This document shows positions 17,158-24,000 of a DNA stretch of 24,000 nucleotides, one piece after another (position 1 is the stretch's first letter; the number at the start of each line of letters is the position of its first letter). The notes beneath the pieces are model-generated. The model made no database searches, was not told the DNA's origin, and saw nothing but the letters and a program-made list of their open reading frames with translations. Origin of the DNA: an uncultured delta proteobacterium (GTDB lineage Bacteria; Desulfobacterota; Desulfomonilia; Desulfomonilales; Desulfomonilaceae). The position numbers were made by a program, and so were the translations under genes. The stretch covers positions 1 through 24,000 of the forward strand of contig CAVVHK010000021.1 of NCBI GenBank assembly GCA_963747865.1, given 5' to 3'.

Positions 17158-19722
17158 ATGAAAAAGCGTGCCACAAAAGACGGGCCGGCAAAAGGGTTGA
17201 GTCGCCGGGGGCGGTTGGAAACCTTGGAGACCAATCTGGTCATGGCCTCGGCAAGCCGAGAGCTCTCAATTGATATCATTGGCCTTCTGAACAAGCGCAC
17301 CGTAGACATAAGCGTTGTCAGAGAAATTCTAAATCTCATAAGAAAGTTTACGAAATTTGAAGCGGTCGGAATTCGTTTACGCAGCGGTGACGATTTCCCC
17401 TACTGCTTCACCACGGGCTTTTCCGACGACTTCCTAACAACGGAAGGCTCCATTTGCGCAAAAGATAATAGTGGGGAAATAATCCGCGACGCTGAGGGCC
17501 GACCGACACTTGAATGCTTGTGCGGGCTGGTTATCTCCGGTAAGACCGATCCGTCCCGCCCGTATTTCACCCCTGAAGGAAGCTTTTGGACGAACGCCCG
17601 GTCGAAACTCCTGGCGTCCGACCAAGGAAAGAGTATCATTCGCGTTGCCAGAAAACGGTTTGTGTCCCACCGATACGAATCTGTGGCGATCATTCCCCTT
17701 CGCTTAGGGCGCGAAACAATCGGCTTGCTGCAACTCAATGATTCCCGTGAAAATTGCTTTTCGTACGAAATGGTCCACTTCTTCGAGGGCGTAGGCAGTA
17801 TCATTGGTATCGCTCTAGCGAGAATACAAGCGGACGAAGGCCTAAGCCAAGCCGAAAACAAGTTGGAAGAGCGTGTCGAAGAACGAACCGCCGAACTCCT
17901 TGCCGCCACACGATCCCTTGAACAGGAAATTCGAGAACGCAACGCACTCGAACAAGAATTGCTGAGGAGCCAACATCGGTTGGAATTGGCTATGGCGGCC
18001 TCGAATCTGGGCTCATGGGATTGGAAACTCGACACTGATGAAGTCTGTTTCGACAAGCGGTGGGGCGAGATCTTCGGCAACCAACACGATGAACTGGAAT
18101 CGGACGCGAAGACCTGGCAAAACAGGATCCATCGTGACGATAAGCTAGGGGTGCTGAAGAAGTTGAAACGCCACCTCGAAGATCCGGATCAATACTTTGA
18201 AGCCGAATACCGACTCGAAACCAAATCAGGGGAATGGAAATGGATTTTGGACCGAGGCAGAGTGGTGGAAACCGACGAGACCGGTAAACCTACGCGCATG
18301 GCCGGCATTTACCTCGATATTACAGACCGCAAAGTTATGGAAGAAGAGTTGCATGATTCTGCGGAACGGTTTCGGGCCATCTTTGAGAGCGCCAAAGATT
18401 GTATCTTTGTAAAAAATAGGTCTCTACAATACACCCATGTGAACCCGGCGTTCGTGAAAATGATCGGGGTCCCGGAGTCGGACATCATAGGTTGGACGGA
18501 CGAAGATTTGTACGACTCCGATTGCGCTCAGATTTTTCGCGAGGTTGAGCGGCGGGTGTTGGAAGGGGAGTCGGTTGAGCAAGAATATACAAGGGTCATA
18601 AGAAAAATTCCCCGCAGTTTTCTCGACACGAGAGTGCCGATGAGGAACAAGCGTGGCCATATAATAGGCATTGTGGCCATAAGCGTGGAAATGACGGATA
18701 GAAAGCCCTCCCGATCCATTGGGGCATCCGTAGAGCCCGAGTATCGGGCCGAGTCCATGCGCTCGACTCTCCGAGCAGCTCGCTTGGCTGCCGAGACCGA
18801 CACCATAGTGCTGCTCATGGGCGAAAGCGGGGCGGGCAAGGATCACGTCGCCCGATATGTGCACGATCATTCTAAACGCTCAAACGGGCCGTTCTTTTCT
18901 ATCAATTGCGCCGCTGTATCCCCTGAATTGGCTGAATCGGAACTCTTCGGCTATGAGCCGGGCGCATTCACCGGCTCCAGAGGGCTTAAGCGGGGACTGT
19001 TGGAGCTTGCCGAAGGGGGCACGATTCTGCTCAATGAAATAGGCGAGTTATCGCCTCCGCTTCAGGCAAAGCTGCTGACTTTCTTGGACACTCGTCAGTT
19101 TACCAGAGTAGGCGGTGTGAAACTTTTCACGGTAAACGCCCGGTTGATTGCGGCAACTAACAGAGATTTGGAAAAGGAAGTCAAACAAAACCGTTTTCGT
19201 CAAGATCTGTTTTACAGATTAGATGTTTTCACCATAGAGGTGCCGCCCCTTAGGCGCAGGACCGAAGACATCCCTCATCTGGTTAAAATCCTGGTGCGGG
19301 AACTTAGCCCCAAGATGGGATTCGAGTCCGTGCCGCAGGTGGGCCTCGACGTCTTAAAGGTCCTTGCGGACTACCCCTGGCCTGGAAATGTGAGAGAACT
19401 TCGCAACGTGCTGGAGCGCGCATTGATTCTCTGCGACAGAAAGCAGATCAGCATTGAAGACCTTGCAATACACGACAAATCCAAATCTAAAAAGCAGGGG
19501 CAAACGTGGTCCGTCAACATACGCTTCCCTGAGAATGAGACCATAAACGAGGTAACCATGAATTTGAAACGGGCACTGGTAGTCGAAGCCCTTCGCCGAA
19601 CCGGGGGAAGCCGGAAGCGCGCGGCGGATCTCCTTGGAATCAGCCCTGATTCATTGAAGCACTACATGCAGATATTTGACCTGTTCACTGTCTTGCCCTT
19701 CCCATCCAGCCAAACAGGGTAA
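17158..19722 (+). CDS. GAF/PAS-domain sigma-54 interacting transcriptional activator
   Basis: GAF-like N-terminus, two PAS regions (WDWKLDTDEVCFDKRWGEI; FRAIFESAKDCIFVKNRSLQYTHVNPAF), AAA+ domain GESGAGKDHVARYVHDHSKRSNGPFFSINCAA, ELFGYEPGAFTGS, ATNRDLE, WPGNVRELRNVLERA, and C-terminal Fis-type HTH. Confidence 0.93.
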   Translation: MKKRATKDGPAKGLSRRGRLETLETNLVMASASRELSIDIIGLLNKRTVDISVVREILNLIRKFTKFEAVGIRLRSGDDFPYCFTTGFSDDFLTTEGSICAKDNSGEIIRDAEGRPTLECLCGLVISGKTDPSRPYFTPEGSFWTNARSKLLASDQGKSIIRVARKRFVSHRYESVAIIPLRLGRETIGLLQLNDSRENCFSYEMVHFFEGVGSIIGIALARIQADEGLSQAENKLEERVEERTAELLAATRSLEQEIRERNALEQELLRSQHRLELAMAASNLGSWDWKLDTDEVCFDKRWGEIFGNQHDELESDAKTWQNRIHRDDKLGVLKKLKRHLEDPDQYFEAEYRLETKSGEWKWILDRGRVVETDETGKPTRMAGIYLDITDRKVMEEELHDSAERFRAIFESAKDCIFVKNRSLQYTHVNPAFVKMIGVPESDIIGWTDEDLYDSDCAQIFREVERRVLEGESVEQEYTRVIRKIPRSFLDTRVPMRNKRGHIIGIVAISVEMTDRKPSRSIGASVEPEYRAESMRSTLRAARLAAETDTIVLLMGESGAGKDHVARYVHDHSKRSNGPFFSINCAAVSPELAESELFGYEPGAFTGSRGLKRGLLELAEGGTILLNEIGELSPPLQAKLLTFLDTRQFTRVGGVKLFTVNARLIAATNRDLEKEVKQNRFRQDLFYRLDVFTIEVPPLRRRTEDIPHLVKILVRELSPKMGFESVPQVGLDVLKVLADYPWPGNVRELRNVLERALILCDRKQISIEDLAIHDKSKSKKQGQTWSVNIRFPENETINEVTMNLKRALVVEALRRTGGSRKRAADLLGISPDSLKHYMQIFDLFTVLPFPSSQTG

Positions 19723-19733
19723 TTTTCCGGTCG

Positions 19734-19765
19734 GTGGGGAAAAATTCCCCACTGCTGGAAAAATT
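19734..19765. terminator. Tandem palindromes directly after the sigma-54 activator
   Basis: GTGGGGAA-AAA-TTCCCCAC (19734-19752) followed by GGAAAAATTTTCC (from about 19757). No clear T tract after the first. Confidence 0.45.
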
Positions 19766-19980
19766 TTCCCTTAATTTCATCTCCAATTAGCTGAAATCAC
19801 TACAAGCTCTGAAGTAGGTATTTTTTACCTGATTTTACTACCAACCGAACTATCCGACACCTCCGAGTACATACACAGATAACTCCATGATTTCCATTGC
19901 TTGTCCACATAGCCAAACTGGCACGGAACCTGCTACATAGTCGCAGCAGACGCAAACGAATAGAATCGGAGGACTGCAAG

Positions 19981-20313
19981 ATGAGGGACGCAACGACGAT
20001 AGACGGCAACATCGACAGGACTTCCATGATTCTGGGAGCAGCTATGATGCTCGCCTGGACATTTTGGATGGGAATCGGCGGCCTAGTGTTACTGCTGGCG
20101 GTAGCTTACTCTCTCGCAACCCAAAGCCCGACACTGGGGATTGTCTGCTCTTTTCTTCTGCTTGCGCCCCTCATGATGACTATCGTCTGGGGAATCGGCG
20201 CCCTATGCCAAACGGTAAAAGCGATATGGGCTCTAAATTGCAACCTTCGGGGACCGAGCTGGTGGGAACGACGTCAGTCGCACCGTGTGATCTATCAGGC
20301 GTATTACTTCTAA
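19981..20313 (+). CDS. Small two-TM hypothetical membrane protein
   Basis: MRDATTIDGNIDRTSMILGAAMMLAWTFWMGIGGLVLLLAVAYSLATQSPTLGIVCSFLLLAPLMMTIVWGIGALCQ. Confidence 0.55.
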   Translation: MRDATTIDGNIDRTSMILGAAMMLAWTFWMGIGGLVLLLAVAYSLATQSPTLGIVCSFLLLAPLMMTIVWGIGALCQTVKAIWALNCNLRGPSWWERRQSHRVIYQAYYF

Positions 20314-20734
20314 TTGTCTGCAAGGAAAAAATGGGTGGCTTCCTACAGCCGGGGGCAATAAGCGAATCGCCTACCCCGGCTTATCCTTGCCATGCTCTTC
20401 TCTACGTAACCGCTTCTACGCCAAGGATTTCTCGCCGTCCCGTCGCTAAAGTAGCTACAATCTTTACGAGCAGATCCGGCGACTTTAGTGAAGCGTCCCG
20501 AATTCCTATCGCGCCGGGTCGCGCAAACCGGGGCTGCCCTACTTAATTCTTGAGTATACCCGCAAATTGCGTGCGCTTTCCTCGCAACTCCTGTAACCCC
20601 TCCTCGGTCCCCGCCCCTATACCAAAATTCCGATTGACCTCAAAGAAGCGGCGCGTTAAGTTCAAGGCTGGGTGCCAACGGGCTTTTTCATCAACGACAC
20701 GACGGTTCCGTCCATAGGACCATAGTGGTCGTAT

Positions 20735-20965
20735 TTGACTTCAGGGAGCTGGTTCATGCTCAAATGTAGGGACTTCTACGCACAAGATACGACGCCGTTC
20801 TTGGCGCTTTCCCGCAAATACGAACCGATTGAGAGTGTGCTTGATCATGTCAACGTTTGGATCGGCTCAGAGAAAGTTAAGGTTTTCAACGTGGAGACCG
20901 TTGCATCCGCCTGCGCGTTCGACAGCGCACCAGGCTACTGCGTTCGAGTGTGGTATGAAGAATGA
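20735..20965 (+). CDS. Hypothetical protein
   Basis: ORF MTSGSWFMLKCRDFYAQDTTPFLALSRKYEPIESVLDHVNVWIGSEKVKVFNVETVASACAFDSAPGYCVRVWYEE. No family recognised. Confidence 0.3.
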   Translation: MTSGSWFMLKCRDFYAQDTTPFLALSRKYEPIESVLDHVNVWIGSEKVKVFNVETVASACAFDSAPGYCVRVWYEE

Positions 20966-21093
20966 TTCTTCCTGCTTAGCGTGACCGGGGGAAAGTTGCA
21001 TAATTCTTATTTTTTCGCTCCCAGATTCCAGCCTGGGAGCGACTATGGAAATTACTTCAATTTGCGCGAAATGGTATTCGTCTCAGCCCGGCG

Positions 21094-23628
<2,535 letters not shown>

Positions 23629-23737
23629 GCCCTCTCTCCTTTCCCTATCAACACTTGCCCAAATGCTTCAAGACTCCACATCTTGACGAAGTCCTATGTT
23701 TACCGGCTGATTGAACGCAAAGTTATTTCTGCCGGTC

Positions 23738-23959
23738 TTATCTCGCTCTGAAAAAAACCACTTCAAAGCTTTGTTGGATTGCGGCCTGAAAATAATTGCC
23801 CTTGAGCTGATCCGTGTTCGGATCATAGGTTAGCGTGTACGTAGATCCGGGGTATCCGGCGTCGAGTAATTCGATGAAAATTTTGGTTGTCGATTCTTGC
23901 CGCGTGGCTTCGGCTTTGGAGACATTAATCGGCCTTGGGTTAAAATAGCCTGTATCCAT
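23738..23959 (-). CDS. Hypothetical protein
   Basis: 73-aa ORF MDTGYFNPRPINVSKAEATRQES...YTLTYDPNTDQLKGNYFQAAIQQSFEVVFFRAR. No family recognised. Confidence 0.4.
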   Translation of the reverse strand: MDTGYFNPRPINVSKAEATRQESTTKIFIELLDAGYPGSTYTLTYDPNTDQLKGNYFQAAIQQSFEVVFFRAR

Positions 23960-24000
23960 TTTGCCGCTTGCGTCAACATTCCTTATTTCGATAACATACC

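Noticed and set aside
18037-18062. CTGATGAAGTCTGTTTCGAC as a third hammerhead core
   Set aside because: It lacks the GAAA core segment and a proper stem II, and lies within the PAS coding region.
17400-18080. 226-aa ORF antisense to the GAF/PAS regulator
   Set aside because: Low-complexity Ser/Arg-rich shadow of the regulator gene; no domain recognised.

Overview
The window looks like two different pieces of sequence joined together.

(A) 1 to about 6.5 kb is AT-richer and Patescibacteria/CPR-like in style. It is riddled with single-base frameshifts. It carries a type II restriction-modification neighbourhood: a Vsr-like endonuclease (-), a LexA-like repressor running into a C5-cytosine methyltransferase (+), and a convergent Bsp6I-like restriction endonuclease (-). 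After that come a large serine recombinase, Maf, and a set of small minus-strand genes. Two of those small genes are each preceded by a sequence that folds as a hammerhead ribozyme (CUGAUGA / stem II / GAAA core). The two copies differ by compensatory changes in stem II.

(B) About 6.9 kb to the end is deltaproteobacterial/Desulfobacterota-like with mostly intact ORFs. It carries an oxidative-stress cluster (peroxiredoxin, thioredoxin-like protein, rubredoxin, desulfoferrodoxin, rubrerythrin, Fur/PerR), queC, an ArsS-type radical SAM gene with its peroxidase-like partner, a SAM methyltransferase, a cache-domain protein, a zinc-ribbon/TM/thioredoxin protein, a DUF1232 protein, a GAF/PAS sigma-54 activator and an arylsulfatase. 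Two genes appear to be selenoproteins split by an in-frame TGA in the ORF track. ArsS reads ...[15 protein letters not shown], and the membrane thioredoxin has a UGWC active site. Each TGA is followed by a SECIS-like hairpin.

The strongest leads are the paired hammerhead ribozymes and the UGWC selenoprotein. All calls come from reading the sequence; no searches or folding programs were run.
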